NCBI GenBank assembly: GCA_964106645.2
Contig: OZ067040.1
Strand: one strand, 5' to 3'
Source of the DNA: Podarcis pityusensis
Taxonomy: Eukaryota
DNA length: 64,000 nt
Positions 1 to 13,000 of the stretch are shown piece after piece (the stretch's first letter is position 1; every line of letters starts with the position of its first letter). Under the pieces are notes generated by a model that was not told the DNA's origin, did not search any database, and worked only from the letters and a program-made list of their open reading frames with translations. The translations under genes were made by a program, and so were the position numbers.

Positions 1-331
1 CTTCCTCCTCTTTCTACTGTTCCTTAAATTAATTTTTATCATCTCCTGCATATTCTTAATTAACTTAACCTTTTCTTTTATTTATCTATTTTGATTATAT
101 ATTCTTTTGAAACTGCAGGTTATTACAATAATCCTGCAAATGTCTTTATCTGTTTACAATTTGTTTGTAAATATTCAATAAACCATTTCCATTCTTTTAT
201 AAAGAGTTTGTTATCTTGATTTCTTATTCTTCTGGTAAGTTTCGCCATTTCTGCATAGTCCATAAGTTTCTGTATCCATTCTTCTCTCATCGGAGCTGCT
301 GCTTCTTTCCATTTTTGGGCATAATACATAC
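1..331 (-). mobile_element. LINE (L1-like) 3' fragment: ORF2 C-terminus plus 3'UTR
   Basis: The minus-strand peptide YAQKWKE...EEWIQKLMDYAEMAKLT...KEWKWFIEYL resembles squamate L1 ORF2 C-termini as I recall them. Confidence 0.6.
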
Positions 332-918
332 AATTTTGTGTGTATCAAAAGTAGAAGGCAGTCTGTTCAGTGGAAATGGTTGCGACTAAATTGACTGGAA
401 TGATGAGTTGTCAGATTACCTGGTCAATAAAAATGAAAAAATTAAAATTAAAAAACTTAATTAAGAAAATTAAGAACTTATTTATGCTAATTACTGCGTT
501 CCAATTTAATGACAAACCATGTTTTGCTGTTTTGTGTGCAAACAGCCTTGGGCTTGCATTCTTCTCCCATTTTTTTGAGCACAAGTTGGAGATGGTTGAA
601 AGCTTCCATTCCCATTATTGGCAATTTACCTTTTGCTGGTTTGTCCAGCACTGACTCTCGGTACTGATACAGTCAAATTGATATAATGGAGCAAAGACTA
701 ACAGATTATTTTTTTTTACCTAGCTTTAATGACAATGTATAAATTGTCATTTTTCTGCTGCAAAACTGAGCAATGATATGTGGAATATTTTAAATGTGTT
801 TGAATGTAACTTGACTGACTCTTGTGAAGCAGTTCTAATCCCTTTAAAAATATTGAAAGCACCATAATTCCAAAATATTTACAGATTCCCTTGACAAAGC
901 TTTCCATTTTCTTTTAAG

Positions 919-1019
919 GGAGCCCTTGTGAGTGCCTTGGCTGATGATACCTTACATTTATGGAATTTGCGTCAGAAGAGGCCTGCTATACTGCACTCCC
1001 TAAAATTTAACAGAGAAAG
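919..1019 (+). CDS. STXBP5: STXBP5 exon (~4), 101 nt
   Basis: ttttaag|GGA...GAAAG|gtaaga; GALVSALADDTLHLWNLRQKRPAILHSLKFNRER. Confidence 0.96.
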
Positions 1020-4000
1020 GTAAGAATTATTTGTTTTAATATTTTACAATGTATGTCATCAACTTTAGCTCATTTTCACACAATAGGGTGAACGCAGCAA
1101 ATGGTTTCAGTCCTTCGTGCCCTAACCCTACTCTAGCCTGCTACTTCTTCATGAGCAATTTACTTGCAAATCACTTCTTCTGTTGTCTTGGAGGACATGG
1201 AGACTCTGTAAGAAGTAAGAAGATAAGTGATGGTGATGGTACATTTGCTTGCTTACTGTTACATAGCAAGCAGGTGCCAGCCCAGCTGGGAAGTGGGAGG
1301 GGGAAAAGGAATAACAAAATGGGCATTGGACTTTTCTTTCTTTCTAGTTCTTTCTATATTTTTGTATTCTATTGCTTCTCTGCCTCTTAGAATTCAACTT
1401 CAGTAGCAGAAACAAAGAAGCATTTTTAGGCCCCATTCTTGAAAACGTATCTCAAATACCTAGCAGTCGGTCAGCTTTTGCTATCTAGGAGAGTCCTTGT
1501 TCTCATCTGTGAAGTGTTGGCTGGGTTTGGGTTGGAGATACTGTTATCTCTACTGTCTCCAGTGCCTCCCACCTCATAAACTTTTGTCCCACCACAGGAG
1601 TGCCTCTACTCTTGAGGTTCTCCTGACACTGTTCATCTGTCTCCCATCTTTGCAGCCACACTTTTCCTACCCTTAATGTTGTTCACCTATTTAAATCTGA
1701 CTAAAAGACAAGAGAAATAAGCCTTCGTAGGGCTGGGGCTGTTGATTACTCTCTTCAGTTTCTCCCTTCCCTGTTAGCAACTCAGCTACTGGCTTGCCTT
1801 TGGTTCAATACTTCTTTTTTTAATAAAAATGGACATCTCATATCTCATTCTTTATGTCCAGTATTAGCCATATGAAAAGAGGATTCCATTCTAGGCAATC
1901 ACTGAAATATTGGTCAGTCCAGTAAGAAACAGGTAGGGTGTATCTGTATGTATGCTCAGAAATCAGCCTTTTGTAGAAATGAGAGGCAACATGCTGCCTC
2001 GAGTAGCAAAATGTCTTGGACCAGTTGGGCAAGCACAAAAATATATATAATATGCTTTTGTGAAGGATGGAAGCTTCCTAGAACAGACCTACACAGCATA
2101 TGCTCTCCTCTAAGTCAAATGGAGCCAACTAACCCAGCAGATACTAAAGAAATTTCCTGTGTTTACTTGCCTGTTTAGAAATGTTTAAAGCCTGGGGAGA
2201 GAGGGCTAGTCAAATGCCTGGTACATGACAGTTCAGTTGAAATTTGTTAAGTAGCTCACAAGATATGCATGCCAGTTGTGCTAAGTTTTTAATCCTTGTA
2301 TCTATGAGGCAGTTAACATTTTTGTTGCTCAAGAAGTAGTTTTCTAGTCCCACTACCACATTTTTCCAAGCTTGCGCAGAATCCATACACACCTATATAA
2401 ATACACAATGAAATAAATGTAGTCTTATCCTGTAGTGGATTTTTATGAATACACTTGGCATATCTGTACATCTCCAAAATGTCAAGCTTACAGTGGGAAT
2501 TTCTTAATCCTCTTGCAAACTCGTTCTCTGCGTGTGAATCTTTTATCTCCCAAATAGCTCCACCCACATACAAAGGTATTGCCAGACTTGGGAACCTCAA
2601 CATTTGCAGAAGTAAAAATTAATAATAATGAGGCTCAATTATATGCCAGCACTGTGGGCCTTGGGGAACGTAGTTGGATTTCATGTGCCTTGTTGGTGGC
2701 CAAAATACTGGAAAAAACATATGTCTCCCCCGCCCATTGCTCAGTAGTCAGAAGATTTACCTACTCAAGCAAAATATTAAAATGTTACCATCCATAGGTG
2801 GCATGAATACAATAAACACTCAGATATTTGGGATCCATATTTAGAATTGTTTGCATAAACAACATGCCCAGCTCTGCCGGAGCTTATACCCCCCACTTTT
2901 CTTCCACTCCCTTCTCCCTTTAAGTTTGGTCTGATTGTATTTACTTTAACTGTAAACAACAACAATAACCCTTAAAAACACAGCTGTAATTGTTTTGCTG
3001 TCAGCAAATGTGACCGGCAGATGCAGTTCCTTTTATTTCCTTTTTTTCAATACTAAAGTAGTAAGATTATTTGGCAGGTTCTGTTCACCTTTGGCAGGAA
3101 CAACTGAAGGTTTTGCGTTAATTGCAGAAGATAGGATCTTGTACAGTTGGTGCACCCAAAAGGGCATGAATAACCAACTTAATCTCTGTCTTCTCAGCCT
3201 GATTTCACATACATTGATTATAAAATTCACCAGAATGCATTTTAGTCAGAGACTGTGGGAAGATTCAATCATCTAGAGATAGAGAGGAACAGAGATGGTG
3301 TTTGTGGTTGTGTTCTGGTTCCACACAGTCCAAACTGGTTGTAATAATTTAGGAAAGATGGTGAGCTCTTTCAGTGCCTAGAGATCTTGTTGGTCAGGAA
3401 CACAGTCCACCCAGATCTAGGGTGATTGTGACTCTTCTGGCAATAGAAAGAAGGGGCCTAGAATGTTAAGGCTACAACAATAGTGTTGTTGTTGTTTAGT
3501 CATCTTAGTCGTGATTGACTCTCCGTAACCCCATGAACCAGAGCATGCCTTGGGAACTCTCACTTTCTTCTCGAAGGTTCTCCTTTTTTATGTCCATGGA
3601 GTTTTCTTGGCAAAATACTGGAGTGGTTTGCCAGTTCCTTCTCAAGCTGGGTCACATTTAGTCTAAACTCTTGGCTATGACCTGTCCATCTTGGGTGGCC
3701 CTGCATGGCATAGCTCATAGCTTCTTGGAGTTATTCAGGCCCCTTCACCACGACAAGGCAGTGATCCATGAAGGGGCAACAATAGTGTAGTGGTTACCTT
3801 TCTGGCGCATACTGTAGAACTTGAAGATACTGCATTCATTAGGTAACATGTAAGGGTTTGTGAAGGGATGCCTGTGTTTCTGCAGTCAGACTTTGATCAG
3901 GGGTTGCCTCCAAACACCCTGAAGTAGATAGTCGTAGTATTATGCTCTGCTCTGTCTTGTGCTGCTTGAGCATCCCTGGATTGCCACTCCTACGCTGAGT

Positions 4001-7000
4001 GCTTCTTACAGGGGAAGGCTTTGCTTAAGCCATCTCCAGTTCATTGCTATCCCACCTGGGGTCTTCATTAAGTTCCTGATGAAAGCACCCTTTGAACACA
4101 TGTGCACAGTGCCTCTGAAGTGGTTGAGCTGAAAGGTGCTGTTTTCTGGTGTCAGTAACATCAGTCCTTGGGGGATCTGAGCTTGTGGGCACCCTCAGCA
4201 CTTATGGAATTGTGTATCTTTCTTGAGGACTCAGTGGTGCTTTGCATGGCTCAGCATATATGTCCAAGGTAAATTCATTTACGGTATTTCCCATAGAGCT
4301 GGTGCTGTCTGGAGCTCACATTTCCCAAGGAACATAAGTGGCACTCCCTGGATATCAGCTGGGCCTTACACAAATAGCTTAAGCATACAAGAGACTTTAG
4401 TCAATAGATTACCCGCTTGTTTCTGTCCAGCCCAATACAATGGGAAATAAGGTTTTGTTGGCTATGTAGTTATCATGGATTAAAGTGTATCTCCAAGTGT
4501 TACGATGTTTCTGCTGCTGCTGTGCCTGGTGGGGTTGCTGCCAATTCTACAAAAAAGTGCTTCTTCGTCTTCTGCTTTTGGGTCTAATGTTCCGTTGTGG
4601 GACATTCCATTGTGGGACATTTGCAGAGCAGCCACAAGCTAAAAATGTGTATATATCTGCTGAAGCATCTTTTGACTGGTGTGTATTGTAACACATAGTT
4701 TGTAAGTAGGTTCCAGGCTACAGCATACCTACCTGACTGGAGATTGCTTTGGTATATTCCTCCTCCACTGCAAAAATATGGACTTACTGTGAGAAGTTCA
4801 TTTTCAGCTGGGAATGGAAGGGATCTGAGCCACCCTGTGATTGGTGTCACTGCAGTGGGGAGAAGTGCTGTTGCCAGTACAATACAATGCAGTCACTTGC
4901 AAGGCAGGGAGCTCCATGGGCTATTCTTCACCCCTTATGGTTTTGTTTGTTTCTATTGCTACAGTGGTAGCTAGGGATACAGACGCTTCAGGTTACAGAC
5001 TCCACTAACCCAGAAATAGTACCTCAGGTTAAGAACTTTGCTTCAGGATGAGAACAGAAATTGTGCGGCGGCAGCGGGAGGCCCCATTAGCTAAAGTGGT
5101 ACCTCAGGTTAAGAACAGTTTCAGGTTAATTACGTTCTTAACCCGAGGTACCACTGTACTTTGTTCTGTTTTTATTGTTGCCTTGTTATTCTTGGGGTGC
5201 TATTCTGTTAGCTGTGGCACTTACAAACCAAGCCCACTCAGACTAAATGCCGGCAGTTTTTATAATCTTGCCTGCCTAGTGTAGAAAGTGGGAGGGACAG
5301 CCCATCCAAGGGCCCCCTCTATCCCTTGCAGAAAATGAATTTGTCATGGTAAACCAATATTCTACACTAGGAACATAGATAAAATGTAACACTTGATTAC
5401 TAGCAATTTAGGAAGTGTGGCAAACCAATTTACAAGAAGAGCTAAAATTTTAGAGTGAAAAGTCTACCAAACATACGCCTAAACATTTTTCCTTGAGAGA
5501 AGCCTTGTTTTTTCATGTCACTAAGAAAGGATAAGATTAGAGGCTTCTAGAGCCAGTGTGGTGTAGTGGTTAAGAGCGGTAGTCTCGTAATCTGGGGAAC
5601 CGGGTTCGCTCTCCGCTCCTCCACATGCAGCTGCTGGGTGACCTTGGGCCAGTCACACTTCTCTGAAGTCTCTCAGCCCCACTCACCTCACAAGAGTGTT
5701 TGTTGTGGGGGAGGAAGGGAAAGGAGATTGTTAGCCGCTTTGAGACTCCTTAAAAGGGAGTGAAAGGCGGGATATCAAATCCAAACTCCTCTTCTTCTTC
5801 TTCTTCTTCTTCTTCTTCTTCTTCTTCTTCTTGTCTCTTTGTTTTTTTCGCTGTCAAACAGAGCATGGAACTTAGTGCCAAAATTAAACAGTGTGGCAAC
5901 TTCATTCTCTTAACTCAGAGATTATGTTTTCCTTCCTCACAAAGAATGTGAGAATATCCTTTAATTTAGTTTCTTCTGAACACTTTAATGTCCTGAAGAA
6001 TTAGCTAAATAGTGCAACTTTTGTTATACTTTTAGTACTCTAAAGAAACATTAGTGAACTGATATGAAGGAAGAATGCTGAAGAAAAAGGTGCAATTGTG
6101 ACCTAGTTTACAGTATTTTCCATTAACTAACACTGTACATGGATTTTTAAAAAGATGCATCATAAATGCTTGACTATGCATTTTTAATAAATCAATTAAA
6201 ATACTCTTTACTACGTACCAGGCACTCCCATAAGTTATTAACATAATGGCTTAATGTTAAATTTAAAACATTAAGTGCAAGCTCTTGTCTATATTAAAGT
6301 GCATTCAATAAAATAATGCTTCATGTTCCAAACTAGCCTTTTCCCTCTTAAATGTAACTCTTGGAGCCTGGGTAGTTTTCTGGTGTGTCCATTCAGACAT
6401 CTCACTAAACCATAGTTTTCACTATTTGTTTCCATGAGGAGCTCAAGAGATGGTGCCATTTCAGTGCTGGGTGGATACAAATTGTCCATTTAGTCCATTT
6501 TTAGGCCTGAGAAGGAAATCCATGCTTACTGTAGTGGGTAATCTAAACAGGGAACTATTGGGAGTAGACCTTGTTGATTCTTTTGGAGCTCTGTTGCCTT
6601 TTCATACCTTTGACAATGCAGTTCAATTTGTATTACAATAAGATAACAACATAACAAATAATAGAAGAAATTAAAAAAAATCAATATGAATACTTTGTAT
6701 GGATATACCAGACCATCTAAATAAATGTTCTGCAGACCACAGTTTGGGAACTTCTGGTCTAAGGCATAGCATCATAGATATATGCCAGATGTCCAGAGGG
6801 AGAAAATTTCACAAAATAGATGTAGCAATGCCCAAATATAAGGCATAGCCTTGCATTCTTGTTCCATTGTCGCCTTTCAAGAAATTCCCGAGCTTCCTAA
6901 AGATGTGATGCCGTGTCATTTCTTCCAAAATAAGTCTTACTTAATTTCTAAAGTACATTGTTTATTGAACAGGGTGACTCTTTTGTCTTTCACCATTCTA

Positions 7001-10000
7001 CTTTATGCTTCAATTCTGTAAAGCCCGTATCTCTTTGATGTTTTCACATATTCTTTCCTATCTGCCTGGCCAATAGTAGATAATTTGTCTAGGCATACCT
7101 AGACAAAAAGCATAATGTGTTTCTGTTTTTTCTGTTGTCTTGAATCCCTGGGTGGCTAGTCTTCCAGATGGCATTGAATGTACTGGAACAAAATACATAT
7201 TAAGAAACCATAGGATGGTTAATCTCCTGATTTAATCAGGCCCTTGCATAGTCACCCCAGCAGCATTTATTGTGGGGAGCACATAAATGGTGGTTGTAGA
7301 ACATTTGGACTGTGCACACCTTTAAGTGACACAAAAAGGTGAATGCCTACATTTTGGTTATAGAACTAAAGCAGATTTGTTTGTTAATACCTTTTACATT
7401 GTTGCTACCTAGAAGCTGGCAAAATTGCTCTATGCAAAGCAGCTGTGTGGAAAAAGTAATGTCTTGCCTTGTACAGCTATGGACACAACTACACATTTCT
7501 GAGCCATTGCAGTTGCAAGAATCACCAATGGGAAGTAGCAGTAGTAAATGTGGATGTGCTGAAGCAGACATTGCAACCTCCATGGAATTGCATCCACAGG
7601 ATTACTTGGGATTCTTGTATAGTAGGATTCTGACATCCCAGCTGTATAATTTTGTCTGGGAAAAGGGAGAGAGATATCTGTTTTCTCAGGTTTTCTTTCC
7701 TGTTTATTTCTTGATGAATATGCTCCAGGAAGTGTCTGTGTCAAAATTAACAGATTTTAGCCATTTTATTTCAGCAGGCCTTGGGTAGCTTCAACCTTTA
7801 TGGCCAGACTGTGTTGCCAAGTCCATCATGTGGCAGCTGTTTGGAAAAAGACCTGCCATATATGTGGATCTCCTTCATAATCTTCCTCCTTACCTTTTTA
7901 TTTACCATATTTCCAGGCCACCTGTCAAATAGAAAATTGCCCAAGGTGGCATACATCATTAAATAACCAGTTAAATAACAAACAAAAACAAAAACAGTAT
8001 GGCTGAAATAAATAGCTTGACACAGATATAAATTAGTACAACTCTTTTGGCAAATTATAAACCTTGGATTAAAATAATGAATTAGAAAAAGAGTGAATTG
8101 GCTTTTCACTTGAAGCATCAGTATTTGAGATTTTTACAATGAACTTCTTTTTGGGAACAGTGCAAGTTTGTTTAATTGTTACACACTATGCTAAGTTTTA
8201 CAAATCATGATAAAGGTTTTGCTTAAGTAGCTTTGACAGTTTTATCAGAGGAGACATATGGCCTACAACTAGCAAAGGAAATCCTTTGCATGTATCTGCA
8301 AATTGCCTCTCAAGTGACCTTCCTTAACTATTAAGACATTTATGTTAAGTAATTATGCAAATTGTGCTTAGATTCAATAGGTGTTTAGCAATGTTTACTT
8401 GGATTATGGCTGTGCTGTAGCACTTCCACTTTAGGTGTATTCTATTTTGTTAGTCTGGGCCATGTCCCGAAATACCAAGACAAGATCAAGCTTTTCTTCT
8501 GAAGACGATAAATAAACAATAGTAAACAGAATGTGAGTTCTACTTACTATTAAGCATTTTAGGATATTCTCCTGTGGCCCTGGATATTGTCTTCCTCCTT
8601 TTCTGCAGATGGAGAAGGTCTGCCAATGCAGGTCTCTTCAATGTGGCCATGGGAACCTTCATGGCTATCACACCATCCATGCTATACTGGTAGGGAGCGA
8701 AAGGGTGTGTGTGTCAGTGGGGGGTTGAGAGAGATAATATCCTTCCCTGTATCCAAAGCCCTCCCCTCCCCCCACAATCTCTCTCCCCTAGAGGACCTCC
8801 AGCCCTAGAGCTTTCCCTAGTAAGGGTCTGGATTTGATGGTGGTTCTGCCATAGATTCTCACGTCCCTATAGCCAAAATAATGTCATTTTTTATGTATCC
8901 AGCTACAAAGTCTGTGATGCCCTTTATTGCAATTATAAATTACATTCTCTAGAGAATGCTATTTGGCAAAACTGCAGCTTTTAAGGAAGGAGAAAGTAAA
9001 GATCTTGGATAGTAGTTTGCTCTCAGTACTTGACAATAAATTAGAAAGTTGTGAGAAATGTGGATCCGTGTGCCTTACAGATATCCTCTGACCTAAACCG
9101 AGAGTGGCTATGGATGAAATTACTGTTGCACAGCAGATCTTTGAAACAAATTCAGAATAGTGGGCACTTCAGATTTCTTTTTATGGAATGAGTCCATTCT
9201 ACAAATATTCTCCATTATCAAAGTAAAATAAAGAGACTCTCTCTCTCTCGGCTAAGTGGTTGTCTTTAGCTCTGATTTTTTTGTGAGAGCAGAAATGTCT
9301 TGTATACTCTTGCAGAATCATTCATCATGGATTTTCTAAGTTGTTTCATTTGTTATTTCTCATGTTTGGATAGGAACAGCTCTCCATTTCATCCCATTTT
9401 AAAGGAATAGAGACCTAGCATTCTATATGTGTTGCAGATGAGCAGCTAGTGTTCCCGTTGCATGTGTTAACAGAACGACACATTCATAAAACTGTTTTGG
9501 CGATACGGTTGAGAACTAATGATCTGTTATTGAAAAGCAGAGACTTAAGTTAGAGAAAAATTGATTTACCTGGGTGTGAATTAAACAAGCTTTTGTGAGC
9601 ATAAACTCTAGACATGAAGTGCAATAGTGTGCCTTCCGTGATATTTATCGTCATTTTTAGGGTTTAGATAAGGTACATTTTTTAATTCAATTTTTTATGT
9701 TTTCTCTTTCAGGATAACATTTTGCCATATGCCGTTCCAGAGTAAATGGCTGTATGTGGGCACTGAAAGAGGAAATATACACATTGTTAATGTGGAGTCC
9801 TTCTCTCTCTCAGGCTATGTCATCATGTGGAATAAAGCCATTGAACTGTGAGTATGGTGTACTTTAAAATAAATGTAATTTATTTGGGTATCATTCTTTT
9901 TGGCAACTATATTCTCAATTGACACAACACACAAAATGTTGATGTGTTTCTTTTTTTGGTTGTGAAGCCCTGGTTTCTGACCTGTTATGTGTATATGTAT

Positions 10001-13000
10001 GATACCCAGCATTAGTCATACTCAGTGTAGACAAATTAAAATAAAATGAATTTAAATAACAAAAAGCATTGGTGTCCATGGATCTACTCAGTCACTTAAC
10101 TGGCTGTCTCCCTATGTTGGCTAAAGTGGTAGAAATTTCTTGGGAAATTAATACTCCTGTTAGAATATGTGGCACATTGCTATCCTATGGGTTTATTCAG
10201 AAATAGTATGTCTCTCTGCATTCATTGGATCATGCATGTGATCCATAGTGTAGCCAGCTGTAGGATTACAGCCTTAGTCATATGATGTAGAACACAGAGA
10301 ATTTGACTATGGCAATCATTCCGTCACCTTTTTAGCTTGCCAGATGGAAAGAGCCACTCTCATGTAACTCACTTCTCATGTAATTTTTAAAACAAAAAGT
10401 TATTGAAGAGCAAGTGAGTTGAGACTGATTCATGTTGCTGCCTAACTTAGTAAGTATATTTTTATCAGACTGGCTTGGGACATGTTTCTATATCCCTTTG
10501 AAACTTACTGTTCAGAAAAAAATGGTATTCGGGAACACCAGTTGTGAAGAGAAAATATGACTGTAGCACTGGGTGAGGGAGGCTCTCTGCATTGTGTCCT
10601 GTGTCCCAGGCTCTCATCTGCAAGAGGATAGGCTGCTGTCAGTACATTCAAGTTGGCCCAGAAACTAGCATGTTTTCAAAATAAACAAGAGCACATCTTT
10701 TTATTCTAGGTCAGAGATGATGCTTCAGGCTTTCTTAGTGGATCTCAGGGTTCTTGTAAAAAAAAAACCCTAACTGTAGCCCAATACATACAAGATATTC
10801 AGTTAGAATTAAAGAATTCTGAGTTGAGGAATTGGTTTGATTATCAGACCTGAACCGAACACATTATTTGTGCCTTCTGGCTGCCTTCCCTATTTTTCAT
10901 CATTTTTAGCAGTTCAACTTTTTCCCATTGTTTAACAGTCAGGAAGCAAAAATTATTTCCAATTTGCTTTAAATTACCCAGAGAAGTATTAGACTGCTGT
11001 TTAATTCTTGACACCCCTTCTGTTGGTAGTGGGGTGCCTTTAAAAGGTACTTGGGAAGGGAACAACAGAGATTGTATCAGAGCTTCAACAGAAAAGGCAG
11101 ACCTTCCAAGTGTCCCTATTTTCCAGGGACATCCCTGATTTAGAGAAGCCGTCCCAGTTTCTGATTTCATATAGTCCTGTATAAGGAAGGCTTTTTTAAT
11201 GTTTAATGTTTTTTTATGTTTTTATATATGTTGGAAGCCGCCCAGAGTGGCTAGGGTATAATAGTAAAATTATCATTATGGAATGGGACGTCCCTATTTT
11301 CATAGGAGAAATGTTGGAGGGTATTAAAAGGTTTACTGAGGGAGAGTAAAACGAAAGGCAATTTATAGGTTAACTTTTGCAGACCAGACCAGACAAGGAG
11401 GGGAATGAGAAGGGACAGTAGTAAGCCCAAGAAGAATTTAGTGTCAGAGGCAGGCACCCAAAACCAGGAGCTCCAGGGTTCAGTTAGACTGAGTTTATCC
11501 TAGTAAGGCCGCTCTTTTGAAACCAAACTAAGCTATATTAGAAATGAACAACATGAAGAACTAAGGTAGTCCTAGAAAGATGATTTATCAGTGAACAAAG
11601 AAGATTTTTTAATATCCTGTTAGTAGCCAGTTGATAAGTGATAGTGCTGTCTTGATTGAATTAGGAAGTGGAGGAAGATAAAAGTTTCCATTTGCTTTTG
11701 TTAAACCCGTGAGTTCCCAGGCCAGCATGTAGAGGGCTGGAATATTCTTTTCCATTTGGTATAATGTGGGAACCGAAAAATACACTTCTAATTTGTTAGA
11801 CCTTTCCAGACAAAATGGAGACTTTTGAGTCAAGTTGATATGTTGGGACTCAGAACTGTGAACTTTGTCAACAGTATGTCTTGTCTCAGTCACTGGACCG
11901 GGTCCATTATCTTGCCAGTTTTTAAAGACAGCCCACACACCGTGCCACCCTTAAAATAGATTTTACAGCAATTTGTGAAAACACTGAAGGACTTTACAAG
12001 TAGCCTATTCAGGTGTAATTTAACACCCTTTCATTAGTAGCATTGTCTTCCCAATAATTTTGTTCATAAGGTTTTGATGACTGTTCCTACTCCTCCATTC
12101 TCCATGGGAAGTCCTCCACTTAGGAAGCCTATTCCATAATTTCATATTGACATGCATTATCACCTGAAGCCAGTGTCTTTTGTTCAGTTTCTTGGATCAT
12201 TGGATTCCTTTCTTGGTGTAATAAGTAAATTTGTCTGATTTTACTACAGGTGGTTAAGGGAACAAGGGAAAAAATGGAGCTAAAGGGGGGAAAGTGCTAG
12301 GTGTCAGGTTATGTATTAGGAGCCAGCAGTCTTATTGTGGAGGTTTTTATTTTGTGGTATCCAGTGCTGAACTACTGAGGTTCCACTCCCAAAATCTGCT
12401 CTGGTGTCGCCTTCAACCCTCTGGAGCTGATTGTAGGAGGGCCTGAAGGGGAGAGAGTTTGATTAGTGATCTGATTAATGCAACAATACTGCATAGCCAA
12501 TTGTTCATTTCCCCCCAAGTTTTAGGCTAAGTTGCCCTTTATTGTTCAAGTTTGATTATTCCAGTAGATATTGATTATAATCAATAATTATCTATGCCCT
12601 GACTGGGTAGAAGAAAAAAGTGTGACTTAATTGCTTTAGTCTGTTTCATTCATGCATGCATTTGTCTTGGGGCAGGGGAAGATTTTCATAGTTGGTATCA
12701 GCCTGAGTCATCGTGAAAGCATAGCACATCAGCTGTTAGACCCTCATAGGCGACGTTGCTTTGCATGTTTCCTGAAGAAAACCCCCCAGAAAATATTGAT
12801 TCTTACCTGGAAATGAGTTGTGTTAAGCTCAGTGAGGCTTGCTTCTGAGTAGACATGGCAATAATTGTACTGTGAGACTGGTTTCCTGGTAGCAATTTAA
12901 TAGAGCACATATTTAGCATTTCTAATTGTGAGGGTCACCTGGTTATTGGTTTAATTTTAGTTTGGAAAATACAGTCAAGATCTCACTCAAGTAGCAGAGC

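Noticed and set aside
5549-5625. tRNA-like A/B boxes
   Set aside because: This is the head of a Squam3 SINE with no complete cloverleaf, so it is not a tRNA gene.
7339-7788. 149-aa ORF and other 60-130-aa intronic ORFs
   Set aside because: No recognisable domains, mostly non-ATG starts and no splice-consistent context; expected by chance.
8860-8874. 15-mer CACGTCCCTATAGCC repeated at 22347-22361
   Set aside because: About one or two exact 15-mer matches are expected by chance in 64 kb, and the match does not extend.
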